Origin: Candidatus Poseidoniia archaeon
GTDB lineage: Archaea > Thermoplasmatota > Poseidoniia > MGIII > CG-Epi1
Direction of reading: 5' to 3'
DNA: 47,814 bases
Assembly: GCA_022449785.1 (NCBI GenBank)
Contig: JAKURQ010000006.1
Span: 1-47,814, forward strand
Shown here: one piece after another, positions 1 to 10,250 of the stretch
Numbering within the stretch: the first letter of the stretch is position 1
Layout: the number at the start of each line of letters is the position of its first letter
Translations under genes and position numbers: made by a program
The notes under the pieces: generated by a model
The model's input: only the letters and a program-made list of their open reading frames with translations
Databases searched by the model: none
What the model was told of the DNA's origin: nothing

Positions 1-1850
1 CCTGTGAAAGCCAAATCCTTAGCTCCCAGATTAATTTCCCAGTCAATATAGATAGACTCATTAGAACTTGGCAAATAATTGACCTGTTGCCAAGATTTAC
101 CATTGACACTGTACTCTATTCTATCTACAGAACCACTTCTTGACCAGGAGTGACCTGTGATTTTATTCGTAGAACTACCTGTTTGCCATCCTGTTTGGGT
201 GTCGATTATGTAAGTCTGTAAATCAACATTAATGTTCTCAGTATCTGTATTCAGTAAAGATGAGGTAACTGCTGCATGGGCATCTACCATACCCCATCCA
301 AAATGACGATTCCAATACGGATCTAACTCTGGTGCTGTTGCCCATGGTCCTTCTTCAACCCCTTCACCATCTGCTGACGATAAAGTGTCTTTTCTCTCAG
401 AAGTTAATTTCAAGATTTCTCGGAGCGCTAAAGGATCTAGATCTGGATTAGCTTCAATCATCAATGCAAGAATACCTGAAACTGCAGGAGTTGCATATGA
501 AGTGCCACTACCTCTTCCACTATATCCATTATTTGATGCGTCTTGTCCTGGAATTCTGTTATAGCAACCTCCGCCACTTGCATGACAGGCCTCGGCCTGA
601 ACTATATTTGTTCCTGGAGCTGAAACATCAGGTTTCATCTCATCGTAAGGATTACCGTCATTATTGTCTCTGCGTGGTCCTCTACTAGAATAAGAAGCTA
701 TACCATCATCTTCTCTGTCTATAGTATTTTTATCATCTAGAGCACCTACTGTTATAGATAGACTAGAAGCACCCATACCTGAAAGACCGTCATTGTCTGA
801 ACCTGAATTACCTGCAGCAACTGAAACTACAACACCTGCTAGAGTTGCCTCATCTAAAACTTGTGAAAACATATCAGAACCATCAGAACCACCAGTTTCA
901 TGTGAAGTTATTCCCCAAGACAAGGAAATTATATCTATTCCGTGGCTTTCATTGTCTGCACCAGCCCATGCTGTATCTTTGTTATCAATGACCCAATTAA
1001 GTCCGTCCATAGCTGATTCATAAAATTCTTGTTCAATAACGTAATTTTCAAAAGGACCTGCCCCAAAAGCAGTGCCTATTCTTACATCTACTAAATTAGC
1101 ATCAGGAGCAGCTCCTGTAAAATTAGATGACTCTCCACTAGGTAGAATCCCATTACTAGTTGCCATACCTGCACATGCAGTACCATGTTGATTTTGATCA
1201 TCTGGATCAAAGGATCCATCATCTTCTTGAAAAGAAGCAAGACACAAGGGGTCATCTGAACAAACTGCATCATATCCAGCAACCGCTTTTCCTGCTAAAC
1301 CAGGATGCTCATCATCTATACCTGTGTCAACAATTGCAACATTAACACCACTGCCAGTATATCCTAAATCCCAAGCACCTTCAGGATATATTGAAGAATT
1401 ACTAGCTTTTATTGCAGGAGTTTGAACATCTCCATAAAATACTACTTTACCATAGGGTTCAATCATCAAAACCCCTGGAAAATTACTTATTGTCTCAAAT
1501 AAACTTGAATTTACTGTACCCAACAATAGACCATTAACTGTGGTAACGTGGTATTTGACCTCTATACCTATATCATTTAATAATTGAAAATCGTCGTTTG
1601 TTAATTGGTGATCATACATAACACCAATCTTGTATTCATCTTCTATTTGCTCTAACCAGTCAACAATACCATTCCTATTCAAATCTCTAGAAGTTGTTTC
1701 CCACCAAGGTAATTCCTCCCAATTATTTTCCTTTACGACAGGTATTTCTGAAATTTCGGAAGCTAATGAATCAGGTGCACTTAGACCTGAAACTGGAAGT
1801 GCCGAGAAAATCAAAATTGCAACTATAGCTAGCGCACGTAATCTTTCCAC
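1..1850 (-). CDS. Secreted S8 (subtilisin-like) serine peptidase; 3' end runs off the window
   Basis: Not in the ORF track. Manual translation from GTG at 1850 stays open to position 1. Signal peptide (ERLRALAIVAILIFSALPVSG) and S8 motifs VAIVDTGID, HGTACAG, AAGNSG, KPDVSAPG, SGTSYATPAVSG. Confidence 0.93.
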   Translation of the reverse strand, partial: MERLRALAIVAILIFSALPVSGLSAPDSLASEISEIPVVKENNWEELPWWETTSRDLNRNGIVDWLEQIEDEYKIGVMYDHQLTNDDFQLLNDIGIEVKYHVTTVNGLLLGTVNSSLFETISNFPGVLMIEPYGKVVFYGDVQTPAIKASNSSIYPEGAWDLGYTGSGVNVAIVDTGIDDEHPGLAGKAVAGYDAVCSDDPLCLASFQEDDGSFDPDDQNQHGTACAGMATSNGILPSGESSNFTGAAPDANLVDVRIGTAFGAGPFENYVIEQEFYESAMDGLNWVIDNKDTAWAGADNESHGIDIISLSWGITSHETGGSDGSDMFSQVLDEATLAGVVVSVAAGNSGSDNDGLSGMGASSLSITVGALDDKNTIDREDDGIASYSSRGPRRDNNDGNPYDEMKPDVSAPGTNIVQAEACHASGGGCYNRIPGQDASNNGYSGRGSGTSYATPAVSGILALMIEANPDLDPLALREILKLTSERKDTLSSADGEGVEEGPWATAPELDPYWNRHFGWGMVDAHAAVTSSLLNTDTENINVDLQTYIIDTQTGWQTGSSTNKITGHSWSRSGSVDRIEYSVNGKSWQQVNYLPSSNESIYIDWEINLGAKDLAFT

Positions 1851-1887
1851 TAATTGCTATGTAATGGTTATCATAAAAGTTTTGAGG

Positions 1888-4800
1888 TCAGCTTTTAGAG
1901 CCAAAACCCCCTCCACCAGGGGTTTTGATAACAATGGTTTCACCTGATTGCACTACTTTTTCGAATTTGCCGCCTAAATCTATCTCTTCTCCTGAATTTT
2001 TTCGCAAGTGATTTGAACCGCACGAACCTTCATCACCTCCTGACATGCCGTATGGAGGGAAAGTTCGTCTTTCAGAAAGGATAGAAACCCTTCTAGGCTC
2101 TAAAAATTTAATTTCACGGATAACACCATCTCCTCCTCGGAAGAGACCATCACCGCCTGAACCTTGCCTAATTGCAAATTTTTCGAGTCTAATTTCTTCA
2201 AATCTATGCTCAAGAATCTCTGGATCTGTTGAGCGAGTATTAGTCATGTGGACTTGAACTGCTGATGCTCCATTATTTTGACTAGTAGCTCCTGAACCTC
2301 CTGCTATAGTCTCATAGTATTGTTTTCCAGAACCATCATCAGAGCCAAAAACAAAATTGTTCATGGTTCCCTGTGATGCACCTGCAATCCCTAAGGCTCC
2401 TAACAACACATCTGTTATCCTTTGTGAGGTCTCAACATTGCCTCCAACTACTGCAGCTTCATCTGTTGGATTCAATATTGATTCTTCAGGAATTATTATC
2501 TTTATTTGGTCCAAACATCCTGAATTTAGGGGTATAGTTTTGTTAATTAATAATCTAAAAACATACAAGACTGCAGCCTTTGTTACAGCAATGGGAGCAT
2601 TGAGATTATTTTGTGTTTGAGGGCTAGTTCCACTAAAATCAACAATTGCATAAAAAGGAGGATCCTGTGTTTCATCTTTCATAATATTTATCTTCACTGA
2701 TATACGAGAACCATCATCAAGAAAATCTTCGAAACTATTTTCTTTAGCCTCTTTACCATCAAGATATTTTTCTAAAGCATCACTCATCGCTTCTGCTGAA
2801 TTCTTTCGAATATGGTGCATATATGACTTCACAGTTTGTAAACCGTATTTAGAAATCAAGTTATCAAGTTCTTTTATTCCTCGCATCACAGCTGCAATTT
2901 GAGCATTAATATCGTGCTTTCTTTCATCTATATTCCGAGCAGGATAATCTGAATCTTTTAGTAAATTTACAAATTCCTTTTCCCTTAATTTTCCATTTTC
3001 CAATAATAGAAAATTATCAATAATTATCCCTTCCTCGTAAATTGTTTTGGAGAATGGAGGTATTGAACCAGGAGTTATACCTCCAATATCTGCATGATGA
3101 CCTCTGCTTGCAACATAAAATATAGGTGAGGTTTCAGTTGAGAAAACAGGAGATATCACTGTCAAATCAGGCAAATGAGAACCTCCTCTATGAGGATTAT
3201 TAATAAGGTAGCAATCTCCCTTCTTCATTTGATTCTTGTTAGAACTAATTATCGACTTTACAGACTCACTCATTGCCCCTAAATGTACTGGAACATGGGG
3301 GGCGTTTGCAACTAGATTGCCCTCACTATCAAATAGGGCACAAGAAAAATCTAATCTTTCTTTTATATTAACAGAATGAGACGTGTTTTGTAATGTAAAA
3401 CCCATTTCTTCTGCAATACCCATAAAGAGATTATTGAAAATCTCAAGAGAAATAGGATCTCTTTCTGATGACGTTTCTAACTTTTCTTTTGTCAATTGAT
3501 TTATTACCAAATGACTTTGCTTATTTACACTTATTTTGAAACCAGGTTCAACAACTGTGTTTGAATTGCGATCTGTCACTATGACTGGACCAACTAACTC
3601 AGTTCCTATCGGGAGATTCTCACGTTCATAAATCTCTGTTCTAACAAATTCATTCTCAAAAAAGACTTCGTATTGTGAAATGGGTTTTACTTTTTTAGTA
3701 TCTATGACATTATAGTCCGTTAATCTTGCAGTTTGGCCTCTAACTTCAACTCTTAAATTAGCAACTTCTAATTCTTTAGACGGGAAAAAACCAAATAAAT
3801 TCTTATGCCTATTTCTAAATTGTTTAATGACTGTTTTATAGTCTGCAAAGGGTATTGTCAAAAACTTATCAGTCCCTTTAACTCTCAAATCAAAAAAATG
3901 TTGACTAACAACATCTTCTATTCCTAGTTTGGTTATTTCATTAATTAATGGTTTTTCGAGATTTTTGAATTCAGACGATGATTGGGAATTAAAATCAGCC
4001 GTATATTCAGTTACTACTGATTTAACCTCATATCTAAACTGATCTGCATTTGCAATACCATAAGCTGAAAGAAGACTAGAAAGTGGATGGATTATTATTT
4101 CACTAATATCTAATGCTTGGCCAATACCACAACAATGTTGTGGAGCTGCACCTCCAAAACATACTAATGAATGATCACGTATATCGTAACCTCTTGATAC
4201 TGAAACTTTTTTGATAGCGCTTGCCATTTTTTCATTAGCTATTTTAACAAAACCCATTGCTAATTCCTCTATAGTAAAATTAGAATTAGTTTTGCTATTG
4301 ACTTCCAGTCTTAAGTCCTCAAAAGCTGCACGTGTCTTTTCAATATCTAATTTTGAATTTCTGTTAATGCCAAATGCTTTAGGGAAAAAATCTGGGCTAA
4401 TTCTTCCTAAAATTAGATTGGCATCTGTTATAGTCAAAAGACCATTGAGACCGTAACAAACAGGTCCTGGAATTGCTCCTGCTGATTCAGGGCCGACTTG
4501 TAATCTTTGACCATCAAACCACAACAGGGAACCTCCACCTGCTGCAACCGTTTCTATGTCAAGACTTGACGTCTGAAATTTTATTCCCCCGGCTTCTATT
4601 TCTGATGATTTAGTATAAGAACCATCATACCTAGAAACATCTGTAGAAGTGCCTCCCATGTCGAAACCAATAACGGATAGAGAATTGTTTGCTTCACCAA
4701 CAATTGCACTTCCGATAACTCCGCCTGCTGGGCCAGACAAAACTGAGTCTTTACCTGTTAATGATTCTGAGTCAATTAGCCCTCCAGAACTTTGCATAAA

Positions 4801-5502
4801 ATCAATAGGTATATTACCCAAATCCTCTTTTAATGATAAAATATAATCACTGAGAACAGGATAAAGATAAGAATCTACAACTGTAGTTTGTCCTCTATTC
4901 ACTACATTGATTAATGGCATGACTTCACTTGAAAGTGAGATGTTTGTAAATCCAATTTGTGTAGCAATATCGAAACAAATCTCCTCATGAATGGAATTCT
5001 TCCAAGAATGCAACAAAACAATAGCTATTGATCTATAACCACTATTGTACAAATTAAGAAGATTCTTTTCCAATTTTGTTTTGTCTAATTTAGTTATTAT
5101 ATTTCCACCAGAATCTAATCTTTCATTAACTTCAGTAACTGAAGCATACAATTGTTTAGGTTTGACAATAGAAAGATCAAATAATGAGGGCCTAGCTTGA
5201 TTACCTATTTCTAGAAGATCCTTAAAACCTGAAGTTATTAGCAATGCAGTAGTGGATCCTTTTCTTTCAAGCAAGGCGTTTGTTGCAATAGTTGTACCTA
5301 TTCGTATTCTTTGTATTTTATCATGAGGAATAACTTCATCCTCTTCTAAATTCAAGATTTGTCTTATTCCTTCAACTATCGAATCTTTATACGATAAAGA
5401 CTCAGAAAGAAGCTTGCTTGTATGAAGTTTTTTTTGGGGATCAATACCAATAATATCGGTGAAAGTACCACCTTTATCTATTGCAAAAACCCACTTGCTC
5501 AT
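1888..5502 (-). CDS. 5-oxoprolinase / hydantoinase, fused A+B (1204 aa)
   Basis: DKGGTFTD, GTTIATNALLERKG, SGPAGG, DMGGTSTDV (A part); NIKERLDFSCALF, HVPVHLG, GGSHLPD, GHHADIGG, QGTMNN, HMTNTR, TPGGGGFG (B part). Confidence 0.93.
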   Translation of the reverse strand: MSKWVFAIDKGGTFTDIIGIDPQKKLHTSKLLSESLSYKDSIVEGIRQILNLEEDEVIPHDKIQRIRIGTTIATNALLERKGSTTALLITSGFKDLLEIGNQARPSLFDLSIVKPKQLYASVTEVNERLDSGGNIITKLDKTKLEKNLLNLYNSGYRSIAIVLLHSWKNSIHEEICFDIATQIGFTNISLSSEVMPLINVVNRGQTTVVDSYLYPVLSDYILSLKEDLGNIPIDFMQSSGGLIDSESLTGKDSVLSGPAGGVIGSAIVGEANNSLSVIGFDMGGTSTDVSRYDGSYTKSSEIEAGGIKFQTSSLDIETVAAGGGSLLWFDGQRLQVGPESAGAIPGPVCYGLNGLLTITDANLILGRISPDFFPKAFGINRNSKLDIEKTRAAFEDLRLEVNSKTNSNFTIEELAMGFVKIANEKMASAIKKVSVSRGYDIRDHSLVCFGGAAPQHCCGIGQALDISEIIIHPLSSLLSAYGIANADQFRYEVKSVVTEYTADFNSQSSSEFKNLEKPLINEITKLGIEDVVSQHFFDLRVKGTDKFLTIPFADYKTVIKQFRNRHKNLFGFFPSKELEVANLRVEVRGQTARLTDYNVIDTKKVKPISQYEVFFENEFVRTEIYERENLPIGTELVGPVIVTDRNSNTVVEPGFKISVNKQSHLVINQLTKEKLETSSERDPISLEIFNNLFMGIAEEMGFTLQNTSHSVNIKERLDFSCALFDSEGNLVANAPHVPVHLGAMSESVKSIISSNKNQMKKGDCYLINNPHRGGSHLPDLTVISPVFSTETSPIFYVASRGHHADIGGITPGSIPPFSKTIYEEGIIIDNFLLLENGKLREKEFVNLLKDSDYPARNIDERKHDINAQIAAVMRGIKELDNLISKYGLQTVKSYMHHIRKNSAEAMSDALEKYLDGKEAKENSFEDFLDDGSRISVKINIMKDETQDPPFYAIVDFSGTSPQTQNNLNAPIAVTKAAVLYVFRLLINKTIPLNSGCLDQIKIIIPEESILNPTDEAAVVGGNVETSQRITDVLLGALGIAGASQGTMNNFVFGSDDGSGKQYYETIAGGSGATSQNNGASAVQVHMTNTRSTDPEILEHRFEEIRLEKFAIRQGSGGDGLFRGGDGVIREIKFLEPRRVSILSERRTFPPYGMSGGDEGSCGSNHLRKNSGEEIDLGGKFEKVVQSGETIVIKTPGGGGFGSKS

Positions 5503-5774
5503 ACTTTTTTAGAGCAATAAGGACACATAGACCATTTTTTATCTACTGCTTTACCACAATGAGAACATACTTTCATTTCTCTTTCTTTCTCATCTGGGGC
5601 TTCAGACCACAAATCCATAGATGGTGGCGGTGGTAATGGCTCTGGCCAAACAACAGCTATACCTAAACTTGCTAATAAACAAATGGCCAACAATAATTGA
5701 ACTAATAATTCATCGGTAAGAAGAAAATTAATTGCTGAAATAATACTAATGCCTAGAAATGAATATCTTAACAT
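5499..5774 (-). CDS. Small membrane protein with poly-Pro linker and C-terminal zinc ribbon
   Basis: Two hydrophobic segments, PEPLPPPP, CSHC-x10-CPYC; 4-nt overlap with the oxoprolinase start. Confidence 0.75.
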   Translation of the reverse strand: MLRYSFLGISIISAINFLLTDELLVQLLLAICLLASLGIAVVWPEPLPPPPSMDLWSEAPDEKEREMKVCSHCGKAVDKKWSMCPYCSKKV

Positions 5775-5778
5775 TCAA

Positions 5779-7569
5779 TTAATCAGTATACATTGCTTCT
5801 ATTTCTTTCGCCCAATTCTCATTAATCTGTTTTCTACGAATCTTGAGAGTTGGTGTTAATTCTCCCTCATCTACGTTTAAATCTCTTGGAAGAATTGTGA
5901 ACTTCTTAACTTGTTCAGGATTGTTAAATTTCTTATTCAATTCTTGAACCTGAGCATCTATTTCTGCTCGGATTTCTGGACTTTCAGTATAATCTGATAA
6001 CTTAGCTCCAAGTGATTCTAACTTGGCAATTTGCTCATTAGGATCCTTAGGTACTTCAGTTGCACCGTCTAAACCATGTTTATCTCTTAGAATAGCTCCC
6101 ACATCAAGTGTGAAAAGTGCACTACAGTATTTTCGATTATCACCAACTAACATACATTGTGATACTAATGATATTGACTTCATTGTCTCCTCAATAACTA
6201 GTGGGGCAATATTCTTACCTGCAGAATTAACATAAATCTCTTTTATTCTTCCTGTAACATAAACAAATCCTTCTGAATCTTTTTTACCTAAATCTCCAGA
6301 TTTTAACCAATCTCCAGTCATTGTTTCTGATGTTGCTTTTGGATTCTTGTAATACCCTTTCATTACATGACGGCCACGAAATTGAATTTCTCCATTACCT
6401 TGTTCATCCGGATTATGTATTCGTATTTCACCTGCAAAAGTTGTCCCAACAGAACCAATTTTGTTTGCACCTTTGTGCCCTATCGTAGCTCCAGCTGAAG
6501 TTTCGGTCATACCATATCCTTCAAACAAAGGTACTCCGAGTTTATGGAATAATTCTAAAATTTCTGGATTGATAGGAGCTGCACCTGTGATTGCATAGAC
6601 ACAGTTTGACATACCTATCTTTGCCTTTGCCTTTTTCTTAATAATTCCTCCCAGAATAGGAATTCCTAGAAGCTTAACTTTGCCTCCTAGACCTGCAACT
6701 AAATTCGAATAAACCTTTTCGTAAATTCTTGGAACGCCTATGAACAAATGAGGTTGTACTTCCTTACAATAGTCAATAGCATGTAAAGGATTGTCAACTA
6801 CATGCATATGCAATCCTTCACGTATCCATGCATGATTGTCAACTAATTGCCCGAATACATGAGCGCATGGTAACCAAGAAACATACTTGTCACCTTGATT
6901 ATAGCTCTGTATTTCAAGAACTTTTGATATCTCATACTCAAAATTATCATACGTTAATTCAACACCCTTAGGGTTTCCTGTAGTTCCTGAAGTATAAATC
7001 AAAGTAGCTGTGTCTTCTGGCTTTATTGATTTAATAGATTTATGGATCTTAGACTCCTTTGTATCTTTTCCTTTTGATATAAAATCAGACCAGGATATTG
7101 CCTTATCATGTTTGGGCATATCTACTCCATCCATGACAACTACATGCTCGACTTTGTCAAGTGAATCAAGGATCTTATGCAATCTGTGCGAACACATTTT
7201 CTCAGTATCACCACCATCCATTGGATTATGACCTACAAACACAAACTTGGAATCTGAATTACCAACAACCCATTCGACCTCTTCAGGTGAACATGTATGG
7301 TATACTCCTACCCCTGCACCATTACAAAAATTAGCTGCTGCATATGCAATGTACCATTCTTTTCTGTTGTAAGAATAAATGCTTAATTTATCATTCTTTT
7401 GAAAACCAAGTGCCATAAGAGACTTGGATACAGCCATAGTATCATCATAAAATTCAGACCAGGTTGTTGTATTCCAATTTCCTGAAGTGTCTTTAGAAGA
7501 TAGTGCAGATTTATCTGCATATTTCTTTGCATTCTCAATCAAATATTCGGAGGTAGTTGGAGCTGACAT
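5779..7569 (-). CDS. Long-chain fatty acid-CoA ligase (AMP-dependent synthetase)
   Basis: TLIYTSGTTGNPKG, EGYGMTE, SGDLG, TGRIKE, GELTPTLKIRR. Confidence 0.92.
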   Translation of the reverse strand: MSAPTTSEYLIENAKKYADKSALSSKDTSGNWNTTTWSEFYDDTMAVSKSLMALGFQKNDKLSIYSYNRKEWYIAYAAANFCNGAGVGVYHTCSPEEVEWVVGNSDSKFVFVGHNPMDGGDTEKMCSHRLHKILDSLDKVEHVVVMDGVDMPKHDKAISWSDFISKGKDTKESKIHKSIKSIKPEDTATLIYTSGTTGNPKGVELTYDNFEYEISKVLEIQSYNQGDKYVSWLPCAHVFGQLVDNHAWIREGLHMHVVDNPLHAIDYCKEVQPHLFIGVPRIYEKVYSNLVAGLGGKVKLLGIPILGGIIKKKAKAKIGMSNCVYAITGAAPINPEILELFHKLGVPLFEGYGMTETSAGATIGHKGANKIGSVGTTFAGEIRIHNPDEQGNGEIQFRGRHVMKGYYKNPKATSETMTGDWLKSGDLGKKDSEGFVYVTGRIKEIYVNSAGKNIAPLVIEETMKSISLVSQCMLVGDNRKYCSALFTLDVGAILRDKHGLDGATEVPKDPNEQIAKLESLGAKLSDYTESPEIRAEIDAQVQELNKKFNNPEQVKKFTILPRDLNVDEGELTPTLKIRRKQINENWAKEIEAMYTD

Positions 7570-7606
7570 GAACTTACTGATATGCCCAGATTATATTAAG
7601 TTTAAG

Positions 7607-8839
7607 TTATAGTTTCAATAGTTTTGATTTAGCAATAACAAATTCTTCTTCGCTTAGGATCCCGCTCTCTCTCATTTCAGCTAACTGAACTAATTTTGAC
7701 ATGAGTTCATCCTCTCCTGAGTCTGCTCCAGAAGTCATTGAGGACTGCTTTTCCATTTCATTTCTTTCAATCCTTCTTTCATTAGGTGTCATTTCACTTT
7801 CGATAATACGTGCTTCACGTGCAGAACGGCGAGCTTGTTGTACAGTAACTAGAAAATCAAGATGGTTACCTGATTTGAAATTAGATTCAGCAGACTTAAA
7901 GTATTTTTTGGCAGTTGTTGTATCTAAATTCTCGTTAAAAGCCTTCTCTATTCTTTTACGAGTATGCAATAATAAACGTTTCAGATAAGGCTCTAAACTG
8001 TACTTGTAAACGCCACCTCTTCCTCCCAAAAATACTGAGCCACCTCCACTAGCCATAACTCCTTTGGGAGATGGTCTCGGTTTAAATCCCCAAACTTTAC
8101 GACCCTCTTTCGTGAAAAGGGTTATCTTTGCTGAGGATTCTCCTATTGTTACAAAATCTGCAGTTTGTGTCATGTCAATCCAAACCGGTTGCTGATCGAA
8201 GGTTTTTTCCCATAAAATTCGTGAGCTTTTAACACCAAAGTAAAAAGTCCGGTCTGCCGTCAAATATCCAAGATAGTCTCCATTAGAACTTATACAAGTT
8301 TGTAAAACTTCTGCAGACGTTTCCTTAGCCCAAAGAATTTCTCCATTCCTATCATATAAATAAATGTGTGAATAATCAGTTCCAGCCAAAATAAATTGGC
8401 CATCTGATGACACATTAACTGTATTCACGGGAAAATCCGAATTACTGAGATGTGTTTCCCATTTAACTTTGCCCTTCCCATCGTAAACAATTAGGCGCCC
8501 TAGAGAAGTTCCAACAGCAATTAAATCTCCATTAGATGAGATACTGGTTGAAACTGCTGAACTTTGTAATTCTCTATGCCAAATAGCTTCCCCGGTGCGC
8601 TTTACAAGATAAATGACTTTCTGTGCACTGGCTATAGACATCTTGCCAGTTCTTGTTGAAACGGAAATGTCCTTTATTCTACGTATCTTATTATTATTCC
8701 AAACTGGGCGTCCATTTTGATTAAGTAAAGTCAATCCTGATTTGTTTCCTACTCCTGCAAATTTACCATCTAAACTTATAGACAATGCTGTAGGAGAGGC
8801 TCCGCCCTGAAATGTCCATAATGGTGCACTTTCACGCAT
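7607..8839 (-). CDS. WD40/PQQ-like beta-propeller protein with C-terminal SHOCT domain
   Basis: ~40-aa repeats ending G-x-x-(L/V/I)-W; C-terminal LVQLAEMRESGILSEEEFVIAKSKLL is SHOCT-like; no signal peptide. Confidence 0.8.
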   Translation of the reverse strand: MRESAPLWTFQGGASPTALSISLDGKFAGVGNKSGLTLLNQNGRPVWNNNKIRRIKDISVSTRTGKMSIASAQKVIYLVKRTGEAIWHRELQSSAVSTSISSNGDLIAVGTSLGRLIVYDGKGKVKWETHLSNSDFPVNTVNVSSDGQFILAGTDYSHIYLYDRNGEILWAKETSAEVLQTCISSNGDYLGYLTADRTFYFGVKSSRILWEKTFDQQPVWIDMTQTADFVTIGESSAKITLFTKEGRKVWGFKPRPSPKGVMASGGGSVFLGGRGGVYKYSLEPYLKRLLLHTRKRIEKAFNENLDTTTAKKYFKSAESNFKSGNHLDFLVTVQQARRSAREARIIESEMTPNERRIERNEMEKQSSMTSGADSGEDELMSKLVQLAEMRESGILSEEEFVIAKSKLLKL

Positions 8840-8892
8840 CTTGCAAAAAATAGCAAGTTATTGTAGCATTTAAGCAATTTGGTCATTTTAAT

Positions 8893-9459
8893 TCATAGAA
8901 CTAAAACTGCTGCTGCAACCGTAGTGGTCCAACGTCCTTCTACATCTACTAGTCCAGTTTGAACTACAGAACGGGTTTTTACTATTCTATTATCTATGCT
9001 CCACAATTCTCTCTTTTCATCCCAAGAGGCATCCGGATCAAACTTGATTCCATATGTAGTAGCTAGCATTTCCGCCGCTAAATCTTCAACATATTCTTCC
9101 ATTTGATTATCATCCATATCAAATCCATGATGTTCTGAAAGATAACCATAGTGCTCTTTGTCACGCGGTACTGCAACACCAACTCCTGAGCTAACAAGAG
9201 TTGAGGGTTTGTTACTCTCTGATCTAGCTAATACAATAGGTACTATCTGGCCTGGAGACAATAGTTTGACTCCAGTTTCTTTATCCACAAATTCACATTC
9301 AGGTGGAAGTATACTTGAGACTGTAATAAGATTCAATGCAGCGATACCTGCATCTCTTAAAGCTAATTCAAACGAAGCAAGCTTTTCCTTGTGTACACCA
9401 ACCCCCTTCGTCAGAAAGATTTTTCGCGGTACAAAATTTGTTGAATTCACTTTTTTCAT
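8893..9459 (-). CDS. pdaD: Pyruvoyl-dependent arginine decarboxylase
   Basis: SFELALRDAGI, NLITVSSILPP (Ser-Ser self-cleavage site), GYLSEH; AGGTG SD-like sequence upstream. Confidence 0.9.
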   Translation of the reverse strand: MKKVNSTNFVPRKIFLTKGVGVHKEKLASFELALRDAGIAALNLITVSSILPPECEFVDKETGVKLLSPGQIVPIVLARSESNKPSTLVSSGVGVAVPRDKEHYGYLSEHHGFDMDDNQMEEYVEDLAAEMLATTYGIKFDPDASWDEKRELWSIDNRIVKTRSVVQTGLVDVEGRWTTTVAAAVLVL

Positions 9460-9560
9460 TAAAATTACACCTATTTAATATTTCCATAAAATAGAAGAAT
9501 AAGTTAATTGCCGAATTATAATACACATATAATTAAATAGATGCGCCAAAGTCAATAATT

Positions 9561-10241
9561 GTGCAGGAACAACTCACTAGACGTATTGCTGGAGAAATTG
9601 TCGTTTCGAACAAACCAGGAGACACTCTTAGGAAGTGGAGAGAAATTTTCCATCTTTCCCAAAAAGAATTTGCGACTCTTTTGGAAGTAAAACCATCTGT
9701 TGTCTGTGATTTTGAGAAGGGCAGAAGAGCATCTCCAGGAATAGGGACTGTAAGAAAATTCGTAGAAACTATGGTTGATTATGACTATGCACATGGTGGT
9801 AAAATTATCAATAGTATGTCTGGAAGACGTACAAACGAAGCTATAGTTGACATCAAAGAATTTACTAGTGGAATATCTATCGAAAGCATGCTAGATACAA
9901 TAGAAGGTGAAATACTTGCTGGAAGCGAGGAGTTAATTGGAAGGCCAATTTATGGATACACCATGGTTGATTCATTGAAAGCAATAACTACTTTCAATGC
10001 GTTTGGAGAAATGTATGGTTGGTCTAATGAAAGAGCCGTGTTCTTTTCAGGTGTACAATATGGAAGATCGCCAATGATTGCAGTTAGAGCACATCCTGTG
10101 AAACCAAGAATGGTAGTATACATAAAACCAAAATCTGTCGACCAGCTAGCACCTAAATTAGCTGATATGGAAAGAGTTGTTCTAGTTAAAACCAAACTTG
10201 ATGAAAAAACAATAATTGAAAAATTGAGGTATCTAAAATAG
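9561..10241 (+). CDS. Archaeal XRE-type HTH transcriptional regulator (COG1709-like)
   Basis: IAGEIVVS, LRKWREIFHLSQKEFATLLEVKPSVVCDFEKGRRASPG; C-terminal GRSPMIAVR. Confidence 0.85.
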   Translation: MQEQLTRRIAGEIVVSNKPGDTLRKWREIFHLSQKEFATLLEVKPSVVCDFEKGRRASPGIGTVRKFVETMVDYDYAHGGKIINSMSGRRTNEAIVDIKEFTSGISIESMLDTIEGEILAGSEELIGRPIYGYTMVDSLKAITTFNAFGEMYGWSNERAVFFSGVQYGRSPMIAVRAHPVKPRMVVYIKPKSVDQLAPKLADMERVVLVKTKLDEKTIIEKLRYLK

Positions 10242-10250
10242 GAGAAAAAT

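Noticed and set aside
464-1947. Short ORFs 464-688, 793-1023, 1091-1282, 1160-1345 and 1630-1947
   Set aside because: Shadow or off-frame ORFs over the minus-strand S8 peptidase, which has a complete catalytic triad.
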